Below, piece after piece: positions 17,039-29,300 of a DNA stretch of 64,000 bases. This DNA is from a virus (Duplodnaviria; Caudoviricetes): positions 1,376 through 65,375 of the IMG/VR virus record IMGVR_UViG_3300042379_000183. One strand, given 5' to 3'. Positions within the stretch are counted from its first letter, which is position 1. Each line of letters begins with the position of its first letter. The notes beneath the pieces are model-generated. The model did not search any database. It saw nothing but the letters and a program-made list of their open reading frames with translations, and had not been told where the DNA came from. The translations under genes were made by a program, and so were the position numbers.

Positions 17039-20000
17039 CGTTTTACTTCGAGTAAGGTTATTGAACCGCTTGAATAGGCAAACTGGTAAGGCAGTGCAGC
17101 CCCTCCGTTATTATCCTGTAAGTACAGTCCGATTGTAACTGTACCATTACCAAAAGTGAAAGCTTTAGTCGGCATTGTTAAAACATTAAATCCGACATTT
17201 GGAAAAATTGAAAATGCAAGATTATCTACTAGAGTATATACCCCTCCAGAATAGTACATTAATGCAAAACGTATTGATCCGCCACCTAAGGTATATAGAC
17301 AACTAGCATTTATAATAATCGGGAAACCGGTAGAAGCTATTGAAGCGCTTACAATATGATGTGGATATGAAGGAGTGCTACCTGCTGCTAAATTTATAAA
17401 TCCTGCAGCTTGGCTTGCTGTTCTTAGTACTGTTATGTTTTCAGAAAGAATTTTAGATGTAATTATTGCATTAGTTGCTACATTACCAGTTTGGACTACA
17501 GGACCATTTAAATAAATTGCAGCACCTGTACTTACAATACTAGAAGTTTGGCCGCCCATTGCAAACTGACCTTGGTTATTCAATAAAATACCTTGACCAG
17601 TCATTGCACCTGTATTAACATTAAACCCAGGACTATTACTTCCAAGAGTTAGAGAGCCTGCACTAATATCGCCTAAATTAGATTGAATTGCAGCTAAAGA
17701 AGTTGTATATATTGAACCGGCTACTACTGAGCCACTTACTAATAAATTACCATTTATCTTTTGTGAAAAAATAACCCAGCCTTGAGAGTTGGGTTGTAAC
17801 ATTCTTGTCTCAGCAAAACCAGTTCCATAGATTGTAACTACATCACCAGGCTGAGCAGCTCCTCCATTATTCGGCGCTGCGGCTATAACTGCGGATGCTG
17901 CATTATCAGACCAAACCGTTCCAGAAGTAGTTGCATTTATAGATGCTCTTATTTGTTGAATCCAAGCAGATCCATTATATACCCATGTAGCTTTGGTTGC
18001 TCCATTTAACTGCTCATACCAAATATCACCATTATATAGTGTTCCTGTAGGTGCATTAATTTGATTGAATATTCTATTGGTTGTAGCATTAGTCACATTA
18101 CTAGGTACGCCGCTTACGCCACTCCAAGTTGCTAAAGTGGCTGCTTGAGCTGCGATTGCATTCAATAAAGCCTGTCTTGCATTATAATAATTTACAAATG
18201 AATTTTTAAAAGAAGTAGCATTAATAGGAGTATCATAACCAATACTATAATACACCGGACTTAATGTTGCTAAATAGTTTACTAGTGCAGTATATGCTGT
18301 TTGATAAGCGGTTGGGCTTGCACCTAACGCATATGCTTTTGTATTAATGTCTGTATATTCGCCAGTTATAGCTTCCATTTCGCGAACTATTGCAGGTTTT
18401 TCATCTCTAGATAAGTAAGAATCAGAAACAATAATTGCGATATCACTATTTGCAGTATTTGCAGAAGCCTGAGCAGCAATTGCTGAACCATTAGCATTAA
18501 TAGCAGTATTATATGCAGTTGTAGCATTATTGTTTGCAGTAGACGCATTGGTTAGTGCAGTTGATGCATTACTTACTACAGTGTTTGCAGCTGTACTGCC
18601 AATATATAATGTACCACCATCCCAAGTTAAACTACTACTTGCATCACCTACTTTAAACTTATAACCAGCTGTACCTGTAGAATCATAACCTAAAAAGAAA
18701 CCAGCTGTAGCTGAAGAGTAATTTGCTTTACCACCAACAATAGAGCCTGTATTGTCCATTGTCAAAGCGCCTACATTAGCAGTAATAGCTTGTAGACTAC
18801 CTACTTTAAATGAGCTAAGGTATGGTAAGCTCCAAGTAGTTGCTGTATCGTCTTGTGGGGTAATACCATCACTTTGGAATTGAGCTTGTATACCTGTTAG
18901 GCTAACTGGAACAGGTGACCATCCTACTGGAGTTGCACCATTAATTGTAGTACCAACAATCACACTAGGAATTGTTACCGCTGAAGCAGATAAAATATAA
19001 GCTCTATGAGTCTGTGCGCCTGACTTACCTAATTGAGTAAGAACTACCGGTGTTGACCACTCTGTAGATAGAATCTCATCTGTAAGATCTGGACTATACG
19101 CCGTAGCACTAGTAATCCAAAGAGGATCACTACCTGACGGAAGAACTTTAAGCCAACTATTAGCTAATGTTCCAGGGGATGTAATAGCCTTACTTGCAAA
19201 TGTGTAAGTGACTGTACCAGGATTGTCCGTTACAGAAGCTAAGGCACTTCTCTTATATACAGTAACTAGAGCAGAGTCAGAACTTACTGCATTATACTTA
19301 TCTAATGTAATTGTAGCAACATTAGAGAAACCGCTTTCTAGATCTCGAGAAGATACTAAAATTACTTTATAGAGAAGGTCACCGTATTCTGAAGATGGAT
19401 CAACATACGTATTATTAAATGAAGTTCCAATTTGATTATATACAGCTACTGCTGGAGCAACTACCGCCTTAGCTCTGTATACTTTAGTTAATGAGTGATC
19501 AAAGTAAGATAAGCCACCAGTCCTTGTTGCTGGAATTGTCCAAGTCAAATATACAACTTGATTAAAGTCACCAGCCAGTATTGCTACTAAGTTTGTAGCA
19601 TTAGGCGGTACCATTGGAGTATCGAGATTAACAGCTAATGTTGCGTCAGTAGTTGTTAGAGCAGATGTAGTAGTATTAGTAAAAGCTTTTACACCAAAAA
19701 TACCGCTACTTACACCTAAGTCTGGTACATAAAATGGATAGGTAGTAGCTCTACCAATCTCATTAAAAGCAGGTTGTCCATTAGAGTTCAAGTCTCCAGA
19801 TTTATGAAAATATAAAATATAACCACTAATTGATGGACCTGAAGAAAGCTCCCATGTTAATGTCCCTGGAGAATTTGTAAGTACATTGCTGCCTGGTGTA
19901 AACGTAAGAGATGCAGGAGCAGCTAAAGCAAAATTGTATAAGTTAGGTGATACTACTAATTGAGCTGGTTTGACCGACCATGCTAATTGTGTATAATCAA

Positions 20001-22191
20001 ATCTACTTCCTGTTACCTCACAAATAGCACCGTCTTGTAACTTAATATCATTTACTTTAACATAAAAGTTAGCTGAAGCTCCAATATTAAGAGTTGTACT
20101 ATCTAACTTAATAATATCACCAGGTTCCAAATACTTATCTTTTACAATATATTCAAATTTTACACCAATCGCTGATCGGCTGGTTCTCACCATTTCTTCA
20201 GCTTTTGCTAAAGCATGATAATAGTCTGTAACACCCTCTGCATACACTTCAGTTTCAAGCTTAACTTGATTGTCTTCAGCAAGCATTGCTAAATAAATTG
20301 TATCCGTTACTGCAGTATTTACAAATGAAGAAAAGGCTTCATTCCTACTACTCCAAAACATAGTGTTATCTGGAGCAGTTAGTGTAGCACCTGCTGCTCT
20401 AGCACCGCCAGAATCATTTGCAGTAATAGTAATAACGTATTCTATATTTGCAGTTAAAGAACGAGTAGTTGATGCAACAGTTTGCCAATTATCATGACTA
20501 GTAGTATGACTAGTAGAACCTCCAGCAATGGTAACAGTAAGTGAATTATCTGCAGTAAATTTTAATGTATATGTTCCAGTTATCTTTGGAATAACTTTCC
20601 AAGTCATTGATGTCTCATAAGTACCACCAGACCATACACCATAGTTGTTTAAGAAAATTCCACCTGGAAGGGGTGAGCCTTGCGAGTTTACAACATCATA
20701 ACCAGACATTGGACTATAGCGTTTAGAACCGATACCTCGAATTAATTGTTGTGTTATTTTTGGTGGCCAAGAAACAGAATCATCTTTAAAGTTATTGGCT
20801 TCATTACTAAATTTAACTGTACAACTATTTAATCGTTCGCTTGATGACGGCCAATTAAGTGAGACTTGTTTGTCATGTGCAAGATTATCATCAGTTAACG
20901 TAGTGGCTAAATTAATAGCTGCATTAGTTAGTGGATATTGAAGATTTAATTTATAAGTACCCTGTGACCAAACAAGTCTTGCATCACCCATTGTAAATAA
21001 AATAGATTCAACATTTTGTCTAATTGGTTTTGTAACATCAATGATTATGTTACATTCGTATAAGGGTAAATCTTTAGTTGTAATGTTTCTACCAACTTGA
21101 GCTTGCCCTCCAACTGCTGGTGTATAATCTGTTGTCTGATAAATTTTACCACCAACATTAACGCCAGATTGGACTGTTGTTGCACAAATTAGACTTGCAT
21201 CATAGAATGATTTCAAATCAATTTGAGATAATGACAACCCCTTGCCTGATATATTATCTAATAAATAATCTAACAGACATAGAGAAGGATTATTAGAGTA
21301 ACTTGCATTTGCTGCTAGCCCATAAGTACCAGTACCGGCATCATAGGTAATTGCTTTTACTAATTTACCTTCAATTAAAGTTTGAATATCTGGAACTTTG
21401 TCAAATTGTGGATTATCTCTATCGAGTCTGACAACTGCTGAAAGATAAGCTAATCCAGTAAAATTAGATTCTGCTCTTTCATTAAAATTTTTAGTTAATA
21501 AAGCGTCTACACCACCATTGTAAAAGTAAGAAAGACGTAATGCAGCGACTGGATTTTGATCAGCAGCCCATGCATTGTTTCTAAACACCCAATCATAAGA
21601 ACTAACATATGATTCACCAATCCCTGGGTCATCTAGGTATTGACTACTATTAATGACTACATCATGTACAGCATGAATTGGACCTTGGCATAAAGCTTGC
21701 TGAAAGAATAAAAATTCATTCTTGGTTCCATTAAGGTCTTCATCTAATTTCTTAGTACCAACAGCATCATAATACGTGGTTACAGTTGTATCATAGGCAG
21801 GGTACCCGTCTTGTCCTCCTACTGCCTCATGATGTGTTACGGTATCATATGAACCCGCTGGAGTCGAATTAGCACCAGTACTAAATGTCTTATTTGCCGC
21901 ATTCGCAGCATAAATAAAATTGCTTGCAGTATTATGATAAACTCTGGCACCACCTACCATAGCACGGCCATATACAATTGGTAGTGAGGTTACACCACCA
22001 TCAACAATCATTTCAAAACCCTTACGGGCTTCTGCTGCCTCTCTTGCAGCTGCTCTCATTTTTGAAGCTTGAATACTCTGATACGCTATAGAGGCAATCG
22101 TGGCATAAATTGAAATAATCTGCATTGTAGTCACAGTGAGCTGCATTGCAGCAGCAATTGCGGCAATTATGGCCATTATCCTTTGCCCCAC
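17035..22191 (-). CDS. Central tail tip / host-specificity protein (lambda J-like)
   Basis: LPIVYGRAMVGG, YSNNPSLCLLDYL, LEPGDII, FN3-like and PA14-like segments; downstream of the tape measure. Confidence 0.8.
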   Translation of the reverse strand: MGQRIMAIIAAIAAAMQLTVTTMQIISIYATIASIAYQSIQASKMRAAAREAAEARKGFEMIVDGGVTSLPIVYGRAMVGGARVYHNTASNFIYAANAANKTFSTGANSTPAGSYDTVTHHEAVGGQDGYPAYDTTVTTYYDAVGTKKLDEDLNGTKNEFLFFQQALCQGPIHAVHDVVINSSQYLDDPGIGESYVSSYDWVFRNNAWAADQNPVAALRLSYFYNGGVDALLTKNFNERAESNFTGLAYLSAVVRLDRDNPQFDKVPDIQTLIEGKLVKAITYDAGTGTYGLAANASYSNNPSLCLLDYLLDNISGKGLSLSQIDLKSFYDASLICATTVQSGVNVGGKIYQTTDYTPAVGGQAQVGRNITTKDLPLYECNIIIDVTKPIRQNVESILFTMGDARLVWSQGTYKLNLQYPLTNAAINLATTLTDDNLAHDKQVSLNWPSSSERLNSCTVKFSNEANNFKDDSVSWPPKITQQLIRGIGSKRYSPMSGYDVVNSQGSPLPGGIFLNNYGVWSGGTYETSMTWKVIPKITGTYTLKFTADNSLTVTIAGGSTSHTTSHDNWQTVASTTRSLTANIEYVITITANDSGGARAAGATLTAPDNTMFWSSRNEAFSSFVNTAVTDTIYLAMLAEDNQVKLETEVYAEGVTDYYHALAKAEEMVRTSRSAIGVKFEYIVKDKYLEPGDIIKLDSTTLNIGASANFYVKVNDIKLQDGAICEVTGSRFDYTQLAWSVKPAQLVVSPNLYNFALAAPASLTFTPGSNVLTNSPGTLTWELSSGPSISGYILYFHKSGDLNSNGQPAFNEIGRATTYPFYVPDLGVSSGIFGVKAFTNTTTSALTTTDATLAVNLDTPMVPPNATNLVAILAGDFNQVVYLTWTIPATRTGGLSYFDHSLTKVYRAKAVVAPAVAVYNQIGTSFNNTYVDPSSEYGDLLYKVILVSSRDLESGFSNVATITLDKYNAVSSDSALVTVYKRSALASVTDNPGTVTYTFASKAITSPGTLANSWLKVLPSGSDPLWITSATAYSPDLTDEILSTEWSTPVVLTQLGKSGAQTHRAYILSASAVTIPSVIVGTTINGATPVGWSPVPVSLTGIQAQFQSDGITPQDDTATTWSLPYLSSFKVGSLQAITANVGALTMDNTGSIVGGKANYSSATAGFFLGYDSTGTAGYKFKVGDASSSLTWDGGTLYIGSTAANTVVSNASTALTNASTANNNATTAYNTAINANGSAIAAQASANTANSDIAIIVSDSYLSRDEKPAIVREMEAITGEYTDINTKAYALGASPTAYQTAYTALVNYLATLSPVYYSIGYDTPINATSFKNSFVNYYNARQALLNAIAAQAATLATWSGVSGVPSNVTNATTNRIFNQINAPTGTLYNGDIWYEQLNGATKATWVYNGSAWIQQIRASINATTSGTVWSDNAASAVIAAAPNNGGAAQPGDVVTIYGTGFAETRMLQPNSQGWVIFSQKINGNLLVSGSVVAGSIYTTSLAAIQSNLGDISAGSLTLGSNSPGFNVNTGAMTGQGILLNNQGQFAMGGQTSSIVSTGAAIYLNGPVVQTGNVATNAIITSKILSENITVLRTASQAAGFINLAAGSTPSYPHHIVSASIASTGFPIIINASCLYTLGGGSIRFALMYYSGGVYTLVDNLAFSIFPNVGFNVLTMPTKAFTFGNGTVTIGLYLQDNNGGAALPYQFAYSSGSITLLEVKR

Positions 22192-22742
22192 TTTAAATTA
22201 ACAGGGCCTGATCCTTCATATACTTGATCAAAACAACTGTCAGTTGGATATTTGTTTCTCATAAAATCTTTACTAGCCGTAAAGGGTTTTGCTAAATCTA
22301 AATTACTCATAGGACTTGTTCCTGTTATTGCAAGTGCAACACTGCCATTATTACCAGTGTCAATTGAATAAGCAATGTTATCTACAGCACCCTTGTATAC
22401 TAAGATAGTATCTTCTACACTCGTCAATGGAAGATTTGTAGTTGGATTAATAAATAAAAGTCTTACTTCAAAGTCTTGACCAACTAATCCAGTTTGCATC
22501 AAATTGCCAAGTGCATAATCTGAATCTGTTAACAATACCTTATAAAGCTCTCTATCTACCGTTGTAGATAATCTAGGAGGATCTACGGTAACAAGTTTAC
22601 CATCAGCTAGATAAGTAACATTGTTTATAGCAGTATTGTTAAAGTAGCTAGTAGTTGCGTAACTTCCAATCTTAACTATATAAAATGTTTCAATACTTGG
22701 ATTCTCAAGAATTGCAATAATTGCTGGGCTAAATGTAATCAT
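22176..22742 (-). CDS. Minor tail / tail tip protein
   Basis: Position between distal tail and tail tip; ends YPTDSCFDQV…LKWG. Confidence 0.7.
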   Translation of the reverse strand: MITFSPAIIAILENPSIETFYIVKIGSYATTSYFNNTAINNVTYLADGKLVTVDPPRLSTTVDRELYKVLLTDSDYALGNLMQTGLVGQDFEVRLLFINPTTNLPLTSVEDTILVYKGAVDNIAYSIDTGNNGSVALAITGTSPMSNLDLAKPFTASKDFMRNKYPTDSCFDQVYEGSGPVNLKWGKG

Positions 22743-23350
22743 AGTCGTTCAATCAGCTTAATTGTACCCATATCCATTAAGACACCATCTGTATATGACA
22801 TTCCTGATATGGCATCAGTATCATACATACAATTCATTATTACATCATCTCTAAATGATACAACAATCGAAGTTATCGAAACTCTTAATGTTGGAAATAT
22901 GTTTAATGGATATGCAGTTCCTGTACTAGTTGGAATACAATCGCTAGTAACCATATACACTTTATTGTGATTTGCAAACTTAATAAAAGTGCCTTTACTA
23001 ATTTTACCAACCATTCCAGTTAAAGAAAGTTGAGAAGCACTAACTGAACCTGTAACTAAACCACTTCCAGCTGTTAAAATTGTAGTTCTCTTAGAGCCAT
23101 TATTCTGAGGCACTATAATTGTAACTGTTTCTGAATACCCTTTTGTCACTAAATTAACAAATAGATCTTGTGCATCATAAGCGAGAGGTTCCAAATTTGT
23201 TGTAATCTCCCATCTCTGTGCTGCACGTTTAGATACTTGTCTTTTTAATGAAAGGGTATCTGAAACGAAAATTGGCTGATTGCTTTTGATTGTAAGCGGA
23301 GTTACAAACTGAGCAATCACCTTTCCATTTTCATAGATACCATATGCCAT
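22739..23350 (-). CDS. Distal tail protein-like
   Basis: Directly after the tape measure; AQRWEI, GTFIKFANHNKVYMV, ends IERL. Confidence 0.65.
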   Translation of the reverse strand: MAYGIYENGKVIAQFVTPLTIKSNQPIFVSDTLSLKRQVSKRAAQRWEITTNLEPLAYDAQDLFVNLVTKGYSETVTIIVPQNNGSKRTTILTAGSGLVTGSVSASQLSLTGMVGKISKGTFIKFANHNKVYMVTSDCIPTSTGTAYPLNIFPTLRVSITSIVVSFRDDVIMNCMYDTDAISGMSYTDGVLMDMGTIKLIERL

Positions 23351-26300
23351 TATCTTCTATAGCCTTTCTCACGATTATGTGAATTGACACCTTCAGCAAT
23401 TGAAGGCAACATTTGATAAATCTCAGATCTTGTTTGACGACTAATATCGCCAGTAATATTTACATTAATTACTTGATTAGATGTGCTATTCATATTATCT
23501 GCAGCACTGATATTTGCCATTGCTGGCGTACTTAAGACTGCTGTTGCTAAACCACCTGCTGCAAACTTCTTAATGTTACTAGAGTTGATTGCAGATAATA
23601 AGCCTAAGTTAGCTTTTGCTGCTTTTGCATTAATAACAAATTCGCCATTGGAAAGCATTGCAGGAATAGAATCAGATGTACTTGTTCCCATTCCTCTGAC
23701 ATAACCTCCAGTTGCCATTGGTATCATACCCGCTCCAGCGAGAGCAGCAGGACTCATTGCTGCAGCTCCTCCGCCAAACAGAAAACCAAGTCCTGGGATA
23801 TTACTACCCATTGAACTAAGACCACTAAAAATAGTTTTAAAGACACTACCTATTGCATCTGTAAATGTACTAAATAATCCTTTAAAGTCAATAGTCTTAA
23901 ATGCTCCAGTAAACTTACCCCAAAGTCCAGCAACAGTAGTATCTACCGTAGCTGGCGAAATTGAATCAACGTCTCCTGACGGCAAAGGTGCACCTTCTGG
24001 ATTAGTTGGACTTCCAAGGATTTTACTTCCAGTATCATAGATACTAGTACCTAATCCACCTATGTATTTTGTAATTGCTCCATTCTTTCCAGTTAATGGA
24101 TCCATTAAGCCTTTTACAAAGGTATCAATAATACTTGAGGTAAACGTATCTAGAACACCCTTTAAAACACCTTCAAGAGATACCGCTTTACCTTTTAACA
24201 AATTAGAAAGACCATTTGAAATACCAGAACTTAATGAAGTGGCAAGCTCATCACCTGCAATCATTCCTTTTGTTTTATAATCTAATGCTTTAGTTTTAAA
24301 GATATCACTAATTGCAACACCAAACTGATCAACTTCATGTTGAAGTCTGATTCTTGTAGCTTCTGCAGTCTGTGGTGTAATCTTTCGAGACTTGATTTCG
24401 TTAACGTAAGATTCAATAACAAGTCTTTCAGCATCTGTCAATAAATTGTAAATATTCTTTTCAACAGAAACTCCAACATTAGAAAGATCTATTTTAAACG
24501 ATTCGAAACCACCAACAGCTTTTCCAAAAGATTCGGTCAGTAGTTTATTAATTTTGTCAATAGTTTTCTTTAATTGTAGCTGTGCTAATGTTCGAAATTC
24601 TTCAGGCATGTCTGGCGTTTCAGTTACCTTCTTTGCATCTTGAGCAGCATCTAAATAAGATTTTAAGATAGCTCTACTTGCTTCATCTAGAAAATTATAA
24701 ACATCTTCTGAAATATTAATTTGAAGTTTTTCAAACTCTGTTTTTATATTTGCAAATGGCACTCGAATGTTTGCAATACTACTTCTTGCAAGTCCTTGCG
24801 CAGCAACTCGATCAGCTTCAACCTTTTGTCTTCCTTCTAAGGCTGCCACTCTTTGAGTTGGAGGACCTTCTAAAGTACCAAGAACTTTCGTCTCAGCTTC
24901 TTCAGTCCTTTTTTCAATCGCTTTTGCGTTAGCAAAGATATTTTCTCTTACTTCATCTGAAATTTTAAGGAGTTCTTTTGCAGTTAAACCTAAGTCTGGA
25001 AATACTTTATTGATAAGAGAAAGTTGATCTTTTAATTTAAGAACAGTAGGTTTTTCTTCTGGAGGAGGCGTGATAAATGTATCTGGGACCTTTGCAATCT
25101 TTGATTGAGCTAAAATAGAAGCAAGTTCTTTATAAACATCTTGAGCCGTATCACGATTTATTGTGCGCACTAAATCACCTAATACAGAACTCTGTCCTCG
25201 TTTAGGATCCATTGCAGCATTTGCTTTATCAATCAATTCACCAATTTTTAGAATTTGAGCCGGACTCTGTTTTGAAAGTTCATTAAGAGCTTTATTATCA
25301 ATGTCTTTAAAGCCGACTTTTTCTAATTCAGTTCCAACACGTCTAAGACTATCTCCTAAGTTTTTACTATTTACTAGCAATGATCTAATACCAGGGACTT
25401 CAGTTTCAGTGGTTTTTGGAGTAGGTGCAGTTAAAGATTTAAAGGGCGACATTGCTTTAAAAGTCTTAAACAATTCATCAAATTTATCTTTTAAATTCTT
25501 AAAAAACTCGTTTGTTTGAGTATTAATTCCACTAGAAACATTGGCTTCAGGAGGTACAATATCAAATGCTTTTACACTGGTTTGCGTACCAGTAGCAAAT
25601 TGTTTAACACCCATACCACTATTAATAGCAGTTAATAGTCCCCAATTCTTTTGAGCGTCTTTAGCATTAACAACAAATTCGCCATTAGATAACATTGCGG
25701 GAATGGAATCGGATGTACCAGAGCCTGAACCTGCTACTCCTCCAGTTGCCATCTTAGTAGATGAAAACAAGGACTTTACAAATGTTCGAAGCTGATCACC
25801 CAATCCACCTAAAAATTCAAAAACTTGCTCTTGAAGATTAGTAAGAGGGGGTGCATAGTCTACAGATTCATTTTTATTAGGATTAGGAACAGTATAAGAA
25901 TTAGGTTTATCCGTTTTAAATTTTTCAAAACCTGAAACATTTGCTTTTGCTAGTTCTTTATAAAAGGCATTTTTGATTTTATCATTTTCTGAAGTCTGAA
26001 CATCTTTAAATTTTAACGCATGATTATCGGCATTTGCTAGCGTCTTATTACCTACACGAACTACACCCTTACCATTCCATCGACCACTTGAAAATATATC
26101 TTTAAGTGTCGGCAAATTTGCTTCTGCTTGTTTTAAAAAAGCTCTAAAAACATAGTTAGCTCCAAAACCGCCTGCAGTCACATTAATGTTGTTTAAATTT
26201 GGATTATCAGATTCACTGAATTGAGTAGCCCGATTGATTCCACTAGACATTTGGTCTTCATTGTCTTTTAAAAAATTAGAAAGCTCAGTTGAAGTTTTAA

Positions 26301-29300
26301 ATGATGTTTTTAAATATGTATTGATAATACTAAGTGCGCTCTTATTCATGTCATTATAGCGCTGATTCTTATTATCTTTGCCAACGCGATAAAGAAGGGT
26401 ATTTGTACCAAAATCAGACCTATTCTCAACTAAAGAATTAAAGAATAAAGCATCAATATCTTCCTTTGATAATTTAAAGCCTAAGTCTTGCGCATTCTTT
26501 ATACCATTTGCTAGATCAGGAAGATTTGTATTATATAATAACTCTGGAGCATACTTACCAGTTGCTGTTTTCTTACTTCTGAAAAATTGATTATCGTATT
26601 TAAGAAGATCTGTACCCTTAGCAAAACCTTGTATTCCTCTACCGCTATTGATAGCAGTTAAAATATCCCAATTATTCTTTGCATCTTTAGCATTTACTAC
26701 AAACTCACCATTAGACAGCATAGCAGGAATAGAGTCTGATGTACCAGAACCTGCTCCAAAGATACCACCACCTGTTGCTTTTCCAGCTGGTGCATTTCCA
26801 TCACTAGTTGGAATTTGTGCTTGTATATTTTTAATTGCATCAGCAACTACTTTTTTATCAGTTCCAAAAATAGCATCACCAATCCATTTTAAAATATTAT
26901 AAACAAGAGCACCCACACCGGCGCCGAAGGCGATAGCCCCAGGCCCCTTACTCATACCATATGCCATTGCAATTTTTAATTGCTCTATAACTATCTGCCC
27001 TACTCCCGAAAGAGGTCCAGTAGAGCTTAAGCTTGTTTTAATATTATTCGCACCAGCAGCTAATGAATCTTTTAATAAACTAAAACTCATAGACAAACCA
27101 GAAAGATTAGACGCGTATACCTTTCTAATGTTTGTAGCTATAGTATTAAAAAGACCATACTTTTCACCCACCGCTACGAATGCAGCGGCAGCAGCAGCGG
27201 CTGACAAAGTGCCTTGTACGACTTCTCTCGTAGACATTGTACCACCACCGTCAGGTGACTTAGGTTTATCAAGATTTAATTTAGATTTAATCTCTGCCCA
27301 AATTGAACTTAATTTATCTGTTAGTCCTTGAAGAATTGGTGTAATATATTCAGACCAAAATGATTTAAAACTAGCAAAAACTGAAACTAATACATCCCAA
27401 TTTAAGGCTACAGCAAGTATTGCACCAAGTAAGGCAATTGCTGCTAAAACAGGACTTGCAATAATTGCTCCAATACCTGCTATTGCTAAACTGAATGCAG
27501 CTGCAATACCAGTACCAATCAAACCTACAGCACCTATTAATGCTGAGGCAAGGATACTACCAATACCTGCACCAACTGCTTGCCCAACAAAAGAGATAGC
27601 CATTGCCACACCGACTCTTGCCCAGTCAGTTAGTCCAGTCATTCCTTTTGCTATTTCAGTACCTAGTTGGAAGCCTGCAACAGCGCCTAGCAAACCACCT
27701 GCACCTGCACCAGCAAATTTAACACCTTCCTTAAGGGCTGCCCTTTGCTCTGAAAGGGCTTCAGTAATTCTAGTAGAGGCCGCTTGTGATGCAAGCAAAG
27801 ACGCTTGTAATGGCGCCAATGTAGTGTTAAGTCTAGCAAGATCAGCTCTACTACCTTGTAATGCTGTTTGATTCCTGATAGCTTCAACAAGTTGTCTTTG
27901 AACTGCACCTGTGCCTAAAGCGGAAGTATCACCAACTCGAATTGCGTCTCTTGCTGCTCTATTTGTAATAATATTACCAGCAGCATCTCTTTGACCTACA
28001 ATACTATTTAGACTATCATTAAATGCTCTTCTATTACTTTCTAGAACCGTATTTAATTGTCTAGGTGCTTCTGCTAACTTTGCGGTAGACTTAGCAATAT
28101 CGCGATTTAATAAGTTTCTTTCTAATATAGATGTTACGGTTGTTGCAGCTCTTGTAGGTGCTGTTGCAATTCCAAGTGCAGCTCTTCCAATTAATTCTCG
28201 ACCTGCCGCAAACAGTAATGATGTCTTAGCAATGATAGCTAAAAATCCAAATGGATCTTTTAAAACATTACCACCAAATAAAGCTGTAATCCCCTTTTTT
28301 ACAATAGATACAAAACCAAATGCAGCTTTTGCAAAGAACTCAGACCGTTCGCTTGCAGCAACAGTGCTAGTTGCAAAAATTCCAGCAAGTGTAGTTGCAA
28401 CACTTAATAGAGCAGTTCTAGCAATTCCTGACTGTGTTCCCGCAACTATAGCAAGACCAACGGCAGTTGTTAATGCTACAATAATAGGCATTTGCCAACC
28501 AGGTGGAAATGCATTAAGAATATCGTGACCAGGAGTTCGATTTGGATCAGATCTAAATGGGCCACGTCCTACCTGCGCAGTTGCTCTAGTATCAATAGTT
28601 TGACCAAACATTTGTCCTGGGTTGCTATCATTAATACCAAAGATTTGTTTTAATGTTCTACCAATACCTGACGTAGCAAATGATTCAGATGTTGATTTAA
28701 ATGTACTGTTTATCGCCTTTCCAACTTTAGATTTATCAAAAGATTCTTTTGTATCTTTTCCAAGTTTCTTTAACCAATCAATAGAACTCGAAAGCAATTG
28801 ATTCGTTCTTGCTGCAATAGTAATATTAGGAGAGCCACCTGTTTGATCGTCTGTTCCTATCTTGAGTTTACCATTCTTGAATAAAGCAAACCCAGTAAGA
28901 ATAGCCGCAATAGTAGTGAGTACACCTAATAAACCCAATAAAGAAGATTTGTATTTATTAATTGCAGCAATACCAGCAAGAAAAGGACCAACAAACTTAA
29001 TTTTTGAAAAAGCACTATTTGAGGACGTTGCAAACTTAGAAATTGATTCGGTTGGACCTTTTGCAAGCTTTGCTGTCCAGCTGATAACTCCTGTGATAAG
29101 ATCAGGAATCCAAGAACGTCCAATAACTTTATCATAGAGCCAGAAAAACCATTGTTCCGCTTTCATTGCCCATGATTTTAAAACATCAAGTGAAGCTTTA
29201 AGGCCTAAGAAGACTGTATTGACATCAATTGTTGGTAATTGATTTCTTAATTTATTAAAACTAGTTACAATAAACTGAACAAACGTATCTAATATTGGTT

